Positions 53,757 through 63,471 of a stretch of 64,000 bases of DNA are shown here, one piece after another (position 1 is the first letter of the stretch; every line of letters starts with the position of its first letter). Source of the DNA: Mytilus trossulus. Taxonomy: Eukaryota. Under the pieces are notes generated by a model, which did not search any database, had not been told where the DNA came from, and saw nothing but the letters and a program-made list of their open reading frames with translations. The stretch spans positions 63,860,001 to 63,924,000 of the forward strand of contig NC_086377.1 in assembly GCF_036588685.1 (NCBI RefSeq), read 5' to 3'. The translations under genes were made by a program, and so were the position numbers.

Positions 53757-54223
53757 TAATCATGGAATTGAACAATTCTCAATATGTGCTAGACCCTAGG
53801 ACATGGATAATGTACTATGAAAATCTAGCGAATGACAAACATCACAATTCATATCTTAATAATTCATACAGAAGAACTATCCAGAGTGGTGGTTCCCTCA
53901 CTAATTCAGCAGCTAGCTTCATGGAACCAATCACATTACCACAAAGTAAACCACATGCGCAATCACCCATTAAACTTGTAACACATGCACAGCAGCAGGT
54001 GGAAAATGCTAAGTCGGAAATTAGTCGAGCTGTGAAAAAGATAAAACGCAAACGTGGGAAGTTACAAAACAGTAATAGAAAAAGCCATAGAGGGGAGCAG
54101 AAGAAAACGAAAAAGACAAAGAAAGGAGGAAGGAAAAATAAAACAAACAGTAAGAAAGGAAGTGTACAGAGTGTGAAAAAAAGATTAAAGAATCAGCTAA
54201 TTGAAAAGGATATTTTCCAGTAA
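53753..54223 (+). CDS. Basic DNA-condensing/core-like protein
   Basis: Very K/R-rich C-terminal half, QSGGS motif, ends DIFQ, located between penton and MCP. Confidence 0.7.
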   Translation: MIIMELNNSQYVLDPRTWIMYYENLANDKHHNSYLNNSYRRTIQSGGSLTNSAASFMEPITLPQSKPHAQSPIKLVTHAQQQVENAKSEISRAVKKIKRKRGKLQNSNRKSHRGEQKKTKKTKKGGRKNKTNSKKGSVQSVKKRLKNQLIEKDIFQ

Positions 54224-54231
54224 AATTCAAA

Positions 54232-55554
54232 ATGGCTAAAATAAATCCTGAAACATTTCATGAGCTGCAACCAAGTCAGTTGTCTTTATTCAATCTACCA
54301 GGTCATCAAACTGCAGTCACAAGAATCACATATGAACATATTCGACCAGCTGCAACTTTTACAAAGACATCGCCAATAGAGTTTCACATATCTGGTGGAA
54401 CAGAGTATCTAGACTTAAGTAAATCAACAATGCATGTACGTCTAAGACTTAAAAGAGGAGATGGAACCATAGCAGATAGCAGTGACGTTAATTGCGGGCC
54501 TGTGAACTATGTTTTGCATGCATTATTTAATCAAATAGATGTTTTAATTCAAAATAAAATTGTCACATCTTCAACAGGATTTTACCCTTACAAAGCTTAT
54601 ATGCAAACTTTATTGAAATATGGGAAAGAAGCTAAAGAATCGCAGCTCTCAAGTCAATTATGGATAGACGATCATCAAGGAACATTGGATGATGCAGATT
54701 GTAACACAGGATCAAATCTTGGGCTCTACAGAAGAACAGCATACATAAAAAATGGTAAAACTGTTGATCTTGAAGGAAACATTTTCCATCCCCTGTTTTC
54801 AATGAATCGTTACATATTAAATCAAGTAGGAGTTACTGTGAAATTCTACAGATCGAGACCAGAATTTTATCTAATGTCGGTTGATGAAGATGCTGATTAT
54901 TACCTTGAGATTGAAGATATGTATCTATCAATAGCAAAGATCCACGTTCACCCCGGCATTGTATATGGCCACGATTCTATACTCAGGACAGTAAACGCTA
55001 AATATCCCATTGTGCAAAATGATGTTCGCACAATTTCACTTCCAGCTGGTCAAATAAGTTTTAACTTCAACAACATATTCCAGAATAATAGACCCAATAA
55101 GGTATTGATAGCCTTTACGGGGAGTCAAAACATAGCAGGTGACTACTCACTATGTCCGTGGACATTCAAACATTGCCACCTAAGTGAAATAAATCTTAAA
55201 GTTGAGGGAGTGCCAGTTTCCGGGAATCCTGTCAGAGTAAAATTTGACTCGTCAAGTGGAGAATCATCCATTGTTGCATTTCGCAATCTATTTGAGGTTG
55301 CTGGGAAAACTCTGCAAGACTGTGGTAATGGATTAAACAGAGACAGTTTTTCTGAAGGATATGCCTTGTATGCCTTTCAACTGGAACCAATTTTTGAAGG
55401 TTTAGATTATTTAACATTGAAAAGGAATGAACGTGTCAATTTGGAATGCACATTTGATTCTCCCCTCACTGAACCAACAACTATAATCATTTATAGTGAA
55501 TTTAGTGGATATTTTGAAATAACTCAAACTCGAGACATCATAATTCAAGAATGA
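54232..55554 (+). CDS. Major capsid protein (double jelly roll, hexon-like)
   Basis: SQLSLFNLPGHQTAV..YEHIRP..PIEFHISG..YLDLSKS..LFNQIDV..YPYKAYMQTLL..GYALYAFQL..IYSEF; 440 aa. Confidence 0.92.
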   Translation: MAKINPETFHELQPSQLSLFNLPGHQTAVTRITYEHIRPAATFTKTSPIEFHISGGTEYLDLSKSTMHVRLRLKRGDGTIADSSDVNCGPVNYVLHALFNQIDVLIQNKIVTSSTGFYPYKAYMQTLLKYGKEAKESQLSSQLWIDDHQGTLDDADCNTGSNLGLYRRTAYIKNGKTVDLEGNIFHPLFSMNRYILNQVGVTVKFYRSRPEFYLMSVDEDADYYLEIEDMYLSIAKIHVHPGIVYGHDSILRTVNAKYPIVQNDVRTISLPAGQISFNFNNIFQNNRPNKVLIAFTGSQNIAGDYSLCPWTFKHCHLSEINLKVEGVPVSGNPVRVKFDSSSGESSIVAFRNLFEVAGKTLQDCGNGLNRDSFSEGYALYAFQLEPIFEGLDYLTLKRNERVNLECTFDSPLTEPTTIIIYSEFSGYFEITQTRDIIIQE

Positions 55555-56018
55555 ACACTATGCAATTGGAGTGTATGATTAATTGTGATGAACTAATGAA
55601 GGATAAAATTGTTGGTATATTTGCAGCAGATCAGATACCTAAGATAGTGAGAAATCGACCCATGGGATTTATTTGTAACACTGAAAATCATTTTGAGAAT
55701 GGTGCACACTGGATCGCCTTTTTCATAAATGAGGAACGAAGAGGGATATTTTTCGACAGCTTCGCACACTCTCCCGATTATTATTCACGTCACTTCTTAA
55801 AATTCTTTGAACACAATGCGATATCTCTGGAAATAAATCAAAAACGATTACAGAGTGAGAATTCATCAGTATGCGGTCAATATTGCATTTTCATCTTATC
55901 ACTCTTATGTAGAGAGTATGATCTAACTAACATTCACGATTTTTTCAGTGATAATCATCAAGCAAACGACATCTTTGTTTTCAATGTGATTGGTAAAACC
56001 TATTCACACTGCATATGA
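55551..56018 (+). CDS. Adenain-like cysteine maturation protease
   Basis: NT..GAHW, FFDSF, RLQ..SVCGQYC (His-Asp-Gln-Cys). Confidence 0.93.
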   Translation: MNTMQLECMINCDELMKDKIVGIFAADQIPKIVRNRPMGFICNTENHFENGAHWIAFFINEERRGIFFDSFAHSPDYYSRHFLKFFEHNAISLEINQKRLQSENSSVCGQYCIFILSLLCREYDLTNIHDFFSDNHQANDIFVFNVIGKTYSHCI

Positions 56019-56080
56019 AAAAGTGTTTAAAATGATGAGACACATGGTAACAATCATCATTCGAGCAAGAGGTGATCATC

Positions 56081-56722
56081 ATGAGTTTGGTGAAATTTCA
56101 AACACCCATGACTTCAATATGTGTCGGTCCAACGGGTTCAGGAAAAACTACATACATTAAAAGATTATTAGAGAACGCTCAGGAAATGTTTACAATACCA
56201 CCTCAGAAGATATACTACTGTTACAGCATATGGCAAGATGTCTTCGATGAATTGAAAAAAACTGTCTCCAACATTTCATTTCAACTGGAACTGCCTGATG
56301 AAAGTGATTTTCTTGTTGATAAGGATATACACACATTATGGATCATTGATGATAAAATGGATGAAGTAGTGGACTGTAAACTGATGCAGAAGATTTATTG
56401 CGTTTTAAGTCATCACACCTTAACATCAATTATTTTTATACTACAAAATTTATATCAGAAGGGGAAGGTTATGCGATCAATCAGTTTGAATTCTCACGTC
56501 TTTTTTCTTTTCAAAAATGGTAGAGATTCACTGCAAATACAATCTTTAGCTCGACAAATGTTTCCAGGTCAAGTTCGCTTTTTCATGGACGTTTACCAAC
56601 GTGCAATTAGCAGACCATACAATTGCTTGATAGTGGATATAGCACCAGGTTCAAACCCTGAATATCAGTTGCGCGCAAATCCTTTTCCGGGGGAGGACAC
56701 GATTGTTTATCAACCAAAATGA
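56081..56722 (+). CDS. A32/FtsK-family genome packaging ATPase
   Basis: Walker A GPTGSGKT, Walker B LWIIDD, SHH, LQNLY, RSISLN. Confidence 0.93.
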   Translation: MSLVKFQTPMTSICVGPTGSGKTTYIKRLLENAQEMFTIPPQKIYYCYSIWQDVFDELKKTVSNISFQLELPDESDFLVDKDIHTLWIIDDKMDEVVDCKLMQKIYCVLSHHTLTSIIFILQNLYQKGKVMRSISLNSHVFFLFKNGRDSLQIQSLARQMFPGQVRFFMDVYQRAISRPYNCLIVDIAPGSNPEYQLRANPFPGEDTIVYQPK

Positions 56723-57060
56723 TTTTAAAAGAATCAAGTAGAAGCTTCCTTAAATTATTGGCGAACACTACACCTGAACAATCTGCTCAAATCATAAAAA
56801 GCACGGACCACAGACAATTACAACTATTAGTAGAAATAGTATTCAACTGTCTAAAAAGCGTCATACCATTGTCTGAGAGGGTTAAAAGGAATCTTTCAAC
56901 TTTTGCAAAGTTCATTCGTGCTGTGGTAGTTAATAATATAACACCTCAGTTGAGGAGAAAACGTTTACTGAAGATAATTGTTATTATTCCAACATTGATA
57001 TCATCTTTTTTCAAATACTATGACTCGGGAGTTAATACTATTACCCAAGGAGAAATATGA
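56719..57060 (+). CDS. Small conserved basic helical Polinton protein
   Basis: FLKLLANT..Q..QIIKS..QLQLLVEIVFNCLKSVIPLS..RRKRLL resembles the small ORF commonly following the Polinton ATPase. Confidence 0.7.
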   Translation: MILKESSRSFLKLLANTTPEQSAQIIKSTDHRQLQLLVEIVFNCLKSVIPLSERVKRNLSTFAKFIRAVVVNNITPQLRRKRLLKIIVIIPTLISSFFKYYDSGVNTITQGEI

Positions 57061-57415
57061 AAGATTGATGAATATGTCCAACCAATGTGAAATTGTTAAT
57101 GTGAAAGAAAAAGAAAAGGAATATGATGGTAAAGATAGTGACAGTATAAAAACAGAAATAAACCTAGAAGAAGATGTAACCAAACAACATGGTAGTGGTC
57201 AGGTTTTGCAAAAAACAGAATTGAAAAATTTAAAAGAAACTGTAGATCGATCAAAATCAGACAATCAAGAGGAAAATAGGATGGATGTTGATGAATATGA
57301 TGGTGCAGCAGAGGGTAAAGCTATCAAGATGTCTCCTGAAAAATTCTTAAGAAATGTGGAAAAATCGCAAAATCGCAAAAGATTAAAGAGTAAATGGTTA
57401 TCATTTCATTTGTAA
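57020..57415 (+). CDS. Small charged Polinton protein (MTRELILLP..KWLSF)
   Basis: Conserved-looking N- and C-terminal motifs, internal QHGSG, and AATAAA downstream at ~57553. Confidence 0.65.
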   Translation: MTRELILLPKEKYERLMNMSNQCEIVNVKEKEKEYDGKDSDSIKTEINLEEDVTKQHGSGQVLQKTELKNLKETVDRSKSDNQEENRMDVDEYDGAAEGKAIKMSPEKFLRNVEKSQNRKRLKSKWLSFHL

Positions 57416-57655
57416 TGAAGAAGTGGATTATTTAAAACTATTGGAGACTTCAATCAATCACTTGTATTTTTCTTTAAATTTGTCTATATTTATATATGTA
57501 TATAATATATTGTCTATTTGTATATTTACACTGTGTACCTTTAAATTTAATTAATAAAATAAATATTTAGATAACATATGTTCGCCTATTAGTTCTAGTC
57601 CACGATCGCGTAGTATATATAAAACGTTGAAAGTGCTATTGATATCACAATTGTC

Positions 57656-60600
57656 ATGGCTGATGATCATTTCTGCGAGGATTTATTGCGTCTTTATCCT
57701 GACAGTAACCCTCAATATCAACAGCAGTTGCGAGAGTTAAATGATCGATTGAGTGTTGATAATGACAACAGATCAAATCTTACGGTTAAGGTCTATTCAT
57801 GTTATTATTGTAAACTTCTGTTTGATCACCCTTCCAAACTGAAGAGACACCAGAGAAACAGTTGTACATTTCCATGTCGACAATGTGATAGACATTTTGA
57901 TTCAGCGGAAAATTTGTTTAAACATAGCAACATCGATCATACAACTTATCAGACTGGTTCAGGAAACACTGATTCAAATTCACATACTACAATCAAACAT
58001 AAAAGTGTGGATAAGTCTGCTCTCTTGGGAATAGCACGAGCTCGTTTCATTTATCCGAATGAGGATAATGGGGAAAAGTATGATCTTCTAGCATTTTTAT
58101 CTGGAATTAAGCATGAGGTAAAAACTCATTTACAAGAGATGTGTGTTGAACTCGGTCATATTAAGTGGTATATGAATTGTCTTGTGCAAATGATCAAGCC
58201 GAATGGAGGTGAAGGTGGTAATGATTTAAAGAATAATGCACATTTTATCTCGAAGACATCGAATCTAGTTGATAGAGCAAATATAGATGATGAACATGAT
58301 ATTAATGTGACATATCAAAAAATATTCAAAAGTTTTGATGAGTATATACGAAATGGGAGCGGTTGGTCATTAGATCATATTAAACACATTGAGATTAATA
58401 CAGCTAAATATAAACCTTTAGGCGGTGGATCGTATATACCCCTACCAAGAACTCTTGCTGCAACCAGAGCGTTACTCAACATAAGAAACTTAGATGAAAA
58501 ATGTTTTGTATATGCTATTATAGCATCCATACATCCTACGTGTTCAGGTGACCCTTCTAAAGTGCATCACTACATCCCATATGAACATGAATTGAACATG
58601 GAAGGTATACAATTGCCCGTTGCACCATCATTTGTGAGTAAATTTGAAAGGCAGAATAACATTTCAGTAATGGTGTTAGGATTTGAAGAGGGTGAATTTT
58701 TCCCCCTCCATGTAACAGGTCTAAGAGAAGCTCATCATGAAGTTGACTTATTGTATTTGAAAAGTGGGAATAAAAGTCACTGGTGTTTGATTACAGATCT
58801 CAATAGACTTTTATATCGAACAAAATGCTTGGGACGCAGTCATAAGTATTGCAGATTCTGTTTATCAGGTTTCACCAGTGAACATACTTTAGAGAAACAT
58901 ATAAAATACTGCTCAAAATTTGAAGCTCAACATGTGACATATCCCACCAAGGGGGTAGACGATATACTAACATTTCAAGATCACGCCAAACAGTTACAAA
59001 CATCATTTGTTATTTATGCTGACATGGAAACATTTTGCGAACCTATGGTTACTGAAGAGCCAGAAGATAATCGAACCAGCACAACGAAATTAACAAAGTT
59101 GATACCATGCGGGTACGGTTATCAAGTTGTTTGCATCGATGACAGATACACTCAACCACCTAAAATATATAGAGGTGAAAATGTTAGTGAACACTTCCTT
59201 CATAGTCTTCTTGACGAAAATAAACGTATAAAGGCTATTTTGAACAATCCTGAACCCTTGTGCATGACTGTTGAAGATGAGGAAGATTTTCAATCAAGTA
59301 CACATTGCCACATTTGCATGGAAGAATTTACAGATTCCACTATCCGCGTTCGAGACCATGCACATGTTTCAGGTAAATTTCGTGGCGCTTCATGCAGAGA
59401 TTGCAATCTTAATTTTAAAGAACACACATTCGTGCCAGTTATATTTCATAACCTGAAACAGTTTGATGCACATTTAATCTGTTCCTCGATAGGTATTTTC
59501 AAGAGTGAAGAAATTGGCTGCATAGCCACGAATGCAGAAAAGTACATCAGTTTCAACCTATCCAATCTGCGCTTTATCGATTCATACCAGTTTTTGAATT
59601 GTTCACTAGAGGAATTGGTATCGTCAATGTCTAAGGAGAATCCGAAAGAAACATTTAAACATTTTACAAAAGAATTTGATGATGATAAGCGGATTGCTCT
59701 TTTGTTGAAAAAAGGAACATATCCTTACGAATACATTGACAATGCAGCAAGGTTCAATGAAACTGAATTACCCTCTATAGACAAATTCTACAGCAATTTA
59801 TCAGAGAAAACAATTAGTCAAACCGAGTATGAACATGCGCAACGGGTATGGAATCAAATGAATATTAAGAATATAGGCGAATATCACGATCTTTATCTAA
59901 AAACTGACGTTCTATTATTAGCTGATGTATTTGAAACTTTCAGGAAGAAGTGGATAACGAACTATTCCCTCGACCCTGCAAATTATTACACTCTTCCAGG
60001 GCTTTCCTGGCAATCTGCATTGAAAATGACTGGTGTGAGACTTGAGCTATTGACAGATCCTACAATGTGGCTCTTCTTTGAGCAGAGTATACGAGGAGGT
60101 TTAACAATGGTGAGCTGCAGACATGCAAAAGCAAACAATCCCTACTTGAGCAATTATGATCCAGCTTTACCAACTTCATACTTGATGTATGTAGATGCGA
60201 ACAATTTATACGGTTTAAGCATGAGCATGCCATTAGCTGTGGGGAAATTCCAGTGGTTGTCAGAAGAGGAAATAAACGATTTCAATGTCTTAAATGTATC
60301 CAATAACGCTGACATCGGATATGTCATTGAATGCGATTTGGATTACCCAGATAACTTACACGATCTTCACAATGATTTTCCTCTTGCAGTTGAAAAAGGA
60401 GTGATAACAAATGAAATGCTTTCACCTCATTCACGTCATCTGTATGAGCAAGCAAATGATGATGGGAAAGAATACCAACCGAGCACCAAATTGCTAGCTA
60501 CTTTGAAAGATAAAAAGCATTACATCTTGCACTATGTGAATCTAAAGTTATACCTCAAACTAGGTTTGGTTTTGAAGAAGATTCACAATATAGTTTCATT

Positions 60601-61459
60601 TGAACAGCGTCCATGGTTGAAACAGTATATTGACTTCAATACCGAAATGAGGAAAAAGGCTACTAGCAATTTCGAGCAAAAACTTTTTAAAAATGGCAAC
60701 AATGCTATTTTCGGTAAATCAATGGAATCGTTGCGGAAACATATCAACTTCTCTCTCTGTCATAGGTGGGATAAGTTTCAAAAACTTACTGCAAAATCAT
60801 CATTTAAAAGCTTTAAGATATTCAACGACCACTTGTGCGGCGTGCTACAAACCAAAACAAAAATTTTCTTCAACAAACCAATTTACCTAGGACAAATGAT
60901 TCTCGATCTGTCAAAGGCGCACATGGTTGATTACTACTACAACCACATGAAAAAACTATACAAGGAGAATGTAACATTATGTTACACAGATACTGACAGT
61001 TTCATTATGCATGTGAGAACTGATGACATATATAGAGACATGTCGTTAAACAGTGAGCTATATGACTTTTCAAATTATCCAGCTGATCACCCTCTTTACA
61101 CCAAAGACAGGAAATCGATTATTGGTTTATTCAAAGATGAATGCAAGTCCATTCAAATGGTGGAATATATCGGACTAAGAGCAAAAATGTATAGTTTTAT
61201 CACCGCAGACGACAAGGAAACTGTAGTAGCAAAGGGTATTAAAACCCGAAATGTTAGATTCGAACAATATAAAAACACCTTGTTCAATTGTTCTCCACTA
61301 CTCTCGCATATGTACACTTTGAGAAGTTTCAACCATCAGATTCACATGGTGAAGGTTGTGAAAAGTGGACTATCACCATATGATGACAAGAGACACTTGC
61401 TGGATGATAATGTGCATTCGCTAGCATATTTTCATAGAAAATTAAAAGAAAAACATTAA
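57656..61459 (+). CDS. polB: Protein-primed family B DNA polymerase (ZnF - terminal protein - vOTU - exonuclease with EndoVII/HNH insert - polymerase)
   Basis: Exonuclease ADMET, HNLKQFD, FIDS, YLKTDV. Polymerase YVDANNLYG, KNGNNAIFGK, YTDTDS. EndoVII CHIC..DHAHVSGKFRG..CRDCN. TATA-like element at ~57614. Confidence 0.96.
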   Translation: MADDHFCEDLLRLYPDSNPQYQQQLRELNDRLSVDNDNRSNLTVKVYSCYYCKLLFDHPSKLKRHQRNSCTFPCRQCDRHFDSAENLFKHSNIDHTTYQTGSGNTDSNSHTTIKHKSVDKSALLGIARARFIYPNEDNGEKYDLLAFLSGIKHEVKTHLQEMCVELGHIKWYMNCLVQMIKPNGGEGGNDLKNNAHFISKTSNLVDRANIDDEHDINVTYQKIFKSFDEYIRNGSGWSLDHIKHIEINTAKYKPLGGGSYIPLPRTLAATRALLNIRNLDEKCFVYAIIASIHPTCSGDPSKVHHYIPYEHELNMEGIQLPVAPSFVSKFERQNNISVMVLGFEEGEFFPLHVTGLREAHHEVDLLYLKSGNKSHWCLITDLNRLLYRTKCLGRSHKYCRFCLSGFTSEHTLEKHIKYCSKFEAQHVTYPTKGVDDILTFQDHAKQLQTSFVIYADMETFCEPMVTEEPEDNRTSTTKLTKLIPCGYGYQVVCIDDRYTQPPKIYRGENVSEHFLHSLLDENKRIKAILNNPEPLCMTVEDEEDFQSSTHCHICMEEFTDSTIRVRDHAHVSGKFRGASCRDCNLNFKEHTFVPVIFHNLKQFDAHLICSSIGIFKSEEIGCIATNAEKYISFNLSNLRFIDSYQFLNCSLEELVSSMSKENPKETFKHFTKEFDDDKRIALLLKKGTYPYEYIDNAARFNETELPSIDKFYSNLSEKTISQTEYEHAQRVWNQMNIKNIGEYHDLYLKTDVLLLADVFETFRKKWITNYSLDPANYYTLPGLSWQSALKMTGVRLELLTDPTMWLFFEQSIRGGLTMVSCRHAKANNPYLSNYDPALPTSYLMYVDANNLYGLSMSMPLAVGKFQWLSEEEINDFNVLNVSNNADIGYVIECDLDYPDNLHDLHNDFPLAVEKGVITNEMLSPHSRHLYEQANDDGKEYQPSTKLLATLKDKKHYILHYVNLKLYLKLGLVLKKIHNIVSFEQRPWLKQYIDFNTEMRKKATSNFEQKLFKNGNNAIFGKSMESLRKHINFSLCHRWDKFQKLTAKSSFKSFKIFNDHLCGVLQTKTKIFFNKPIYLGQMILDLSKAHMVDYYYNHMKKLYKENVTLCYTDTDSFIMHVRTDDIYRDMSLNSELYDFSNYPADHPLYTKDRKSIIGLFKDECKSIQMVEYIGLRAKMYSFITADDKETVVAKGIKTRNVRFEQYKNTLFNCSPLLSHMYTLRSFNHQIHMVKVVKSGLSPYDDKRHLLDDNVHSLAYFHRKLKEKH

Positions 61460-61758
61460 TACAATTGTAAATTGAAAAAAAAATCCATATCCGTAATAAA
61501 TTCAAGAAAAAGAAAACACACTGTACAATAATTATATAATATTTTATTTCATGTAAATAAATATATGATTTTATAATAAAATATATCAACATATTTAAGT
61601 TTTATCCGTTTGCTATCAACCTGGGGAAGTGAAATACATAGGGCAATGGGGAGTAGCATGGTAAAATGGCGACTTTAACTTAAAAACCCCAATGAAAATA
61701 CATAACTTTAAAACCCAAATGGACCTTCAAACAAACTTCAAACATAATGACAATAGGA

Positions 61759-62156
61759 CAATGGGGAATAACACCTTCAAACATTAAGGCAATAGGACAA
61801 TGGGGAATAACACCTTCAAACATAGGACAATGTGAAATAACACCTTCGAACATTAGAACAATGGGGAATAGCACCTTCAAACATTAGAACAATGGGGAAT
61901 AACACCTTCAAACATTATGTCAATGGGGAATAACACCTTCAAATGGGGAATAACACCTTCAAACACACCAGTGAAATACATTGGACAATGGGGAATAACA
62001 CCTTCAAACACGATGAAAATATTACAAATAAATTTTAGATTAAAATATAAGAGACATATTCTTTGGTAAATTAAACACAATTATGAAAATGGGGAATTAC
62101 ACCTTCAAACGCACCAGTGAAATACATTGTGCAATGGGGAAAAAGACCTTCAAACA
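61759..62156 (+). repeat. Array of ~10 copies of CAATGGGGAATAACACCTTCAAACA with variable linkers (copy 1)
   Basis: Units at 61759, 61798, 61828, 61859, 61890, 61921, 61942, 61986, 62088 and 62132. Confidence 0.92.
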
Positions 62157-62225
62157 CGATGAAAATATTACAAATAAATTTCTTAAATTTTAGATTAAAA
62201 TATATGAGACATATTCTTTGGTAAA

Positions 62226-62592
62226 TTAAACACGTGAAAATCGCATGTTTAATATTTTCCTTAAAATATCAGAAAAGTTCTCCCTATTGAACGAAAGTCC
62301 GAGTGAATTTAAAACAGACCCTGGGACGTTCTTTAAATGAATGAATATCTCTTCAGATGTGAAATGGCTGCATTCCCTTATCATTTTATTTAATTGATAT
62401 CTTTGATCAAAAATTTCCTCGGCAGCATTAAACACATCTAATTCGGCAAATCCAGGATTTAAAACAAATTGAAAGTCTGCATAATCCATAAAAATAATTA
62501 AAATTGGTGAGGGAATTTTACAAAAAAAATCTCTCATTTGAATATCACATTTTGTTGTTAATTTATTATAAATACATGCAACAGATAAAGTT
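62226..62592 (-). pseudogene. 5'-truncated duplicate of the 144-aa ORF
   Basis: Same protein sequence as the C-terminal part of 63472-63906 but cut at the duplication junction. Confidence 0.8.
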
Positions 62593-63004
62593 TGGTGAAG
62601 GTTGTGAAAAGTGGACTATCACCATATGATGACAAGAGACACTTGCTGGATGATAATGTGCATTCGCTAGCATATTTTCATAGAAAATTAAAAGAAAAAC
62701 ATTAATACAATTGTAAATTGAAAAAAAAATCCATATCCGTAATAAATTCAAGAAAAAGAAAACACACTGTACAATAATTATATAATATTTTATTTCATGT
62801 AAATAAATATATGATTTTATAATAAAATATATCAACATATTTAAGTTTTATCCGTTTGCTATCAACCTGGGGAAGTGAAATACATAGGGCAATGGGGAGT
62901 AGCATGGTAAAATGGCGACTTTAACTTAAAAACCCCAATGAAAATACATAACTTTAAAACCCAAATGGACCTTCAAACAAACTTCAAACATAATGACAAT
63001 AGGA

Positions 63005-63402
63005 CAATGGGGAATAACACCTTCAAACATTAAGGCAATAGGACAATGGGGAATAACACCTTCAAACATAGGACAATGTGAAATAACACCTTCGAACATT
63101 AGAACAATGGGGAATAGCACCTTCAAACATTAGAACAATGGGGAATAACACCTTCAAACATTATGTCAATGGGGAAAAACACCTTCAAATGGGGAATAAC
63201 ACCTTCAAACACACCAGTGAAATACATTGGACAATGGGGAATAACACCTTCAAACACGATGAAAATATTACAAATAAATTTTAGATTAAAATATAAGAGA
63301 CATATTCTTTGGTAAATTAAACACAATTATGAAAATGGGGAATTACACCTTCAAACGCACCAGTGAAATACATTGTGCAATGGGGAAAAAGACCTTCAAA
63401 CA
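63005..63402 (+). repeat. Second copy of the 25-bp repeat array
   Basis: Offset 1246 from the first array. Confidence 0.92.
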
Positions 63403-63471
63403 CGATGAAAATATTACAAATAAATTTCTTAAATTTTAGATTAAAATATATGAGACATATTCTTTGGTAAA

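Noticed and set aside
61680-63326. FEGVIPHCP-repeat ORFs on the minus strand
   Set aside because: They are translations of the DNA repeat array; unit spacings are not consistently multiples of three.
61759-63402. CRISPR array interpretation of the 25-bp repeats
   Set aside because: Linkers range from 0 to ~77 bp and are reused rather than unique, the repeat is barely palindromic, there are no cas genes, and the context is a eukaryotic virus.
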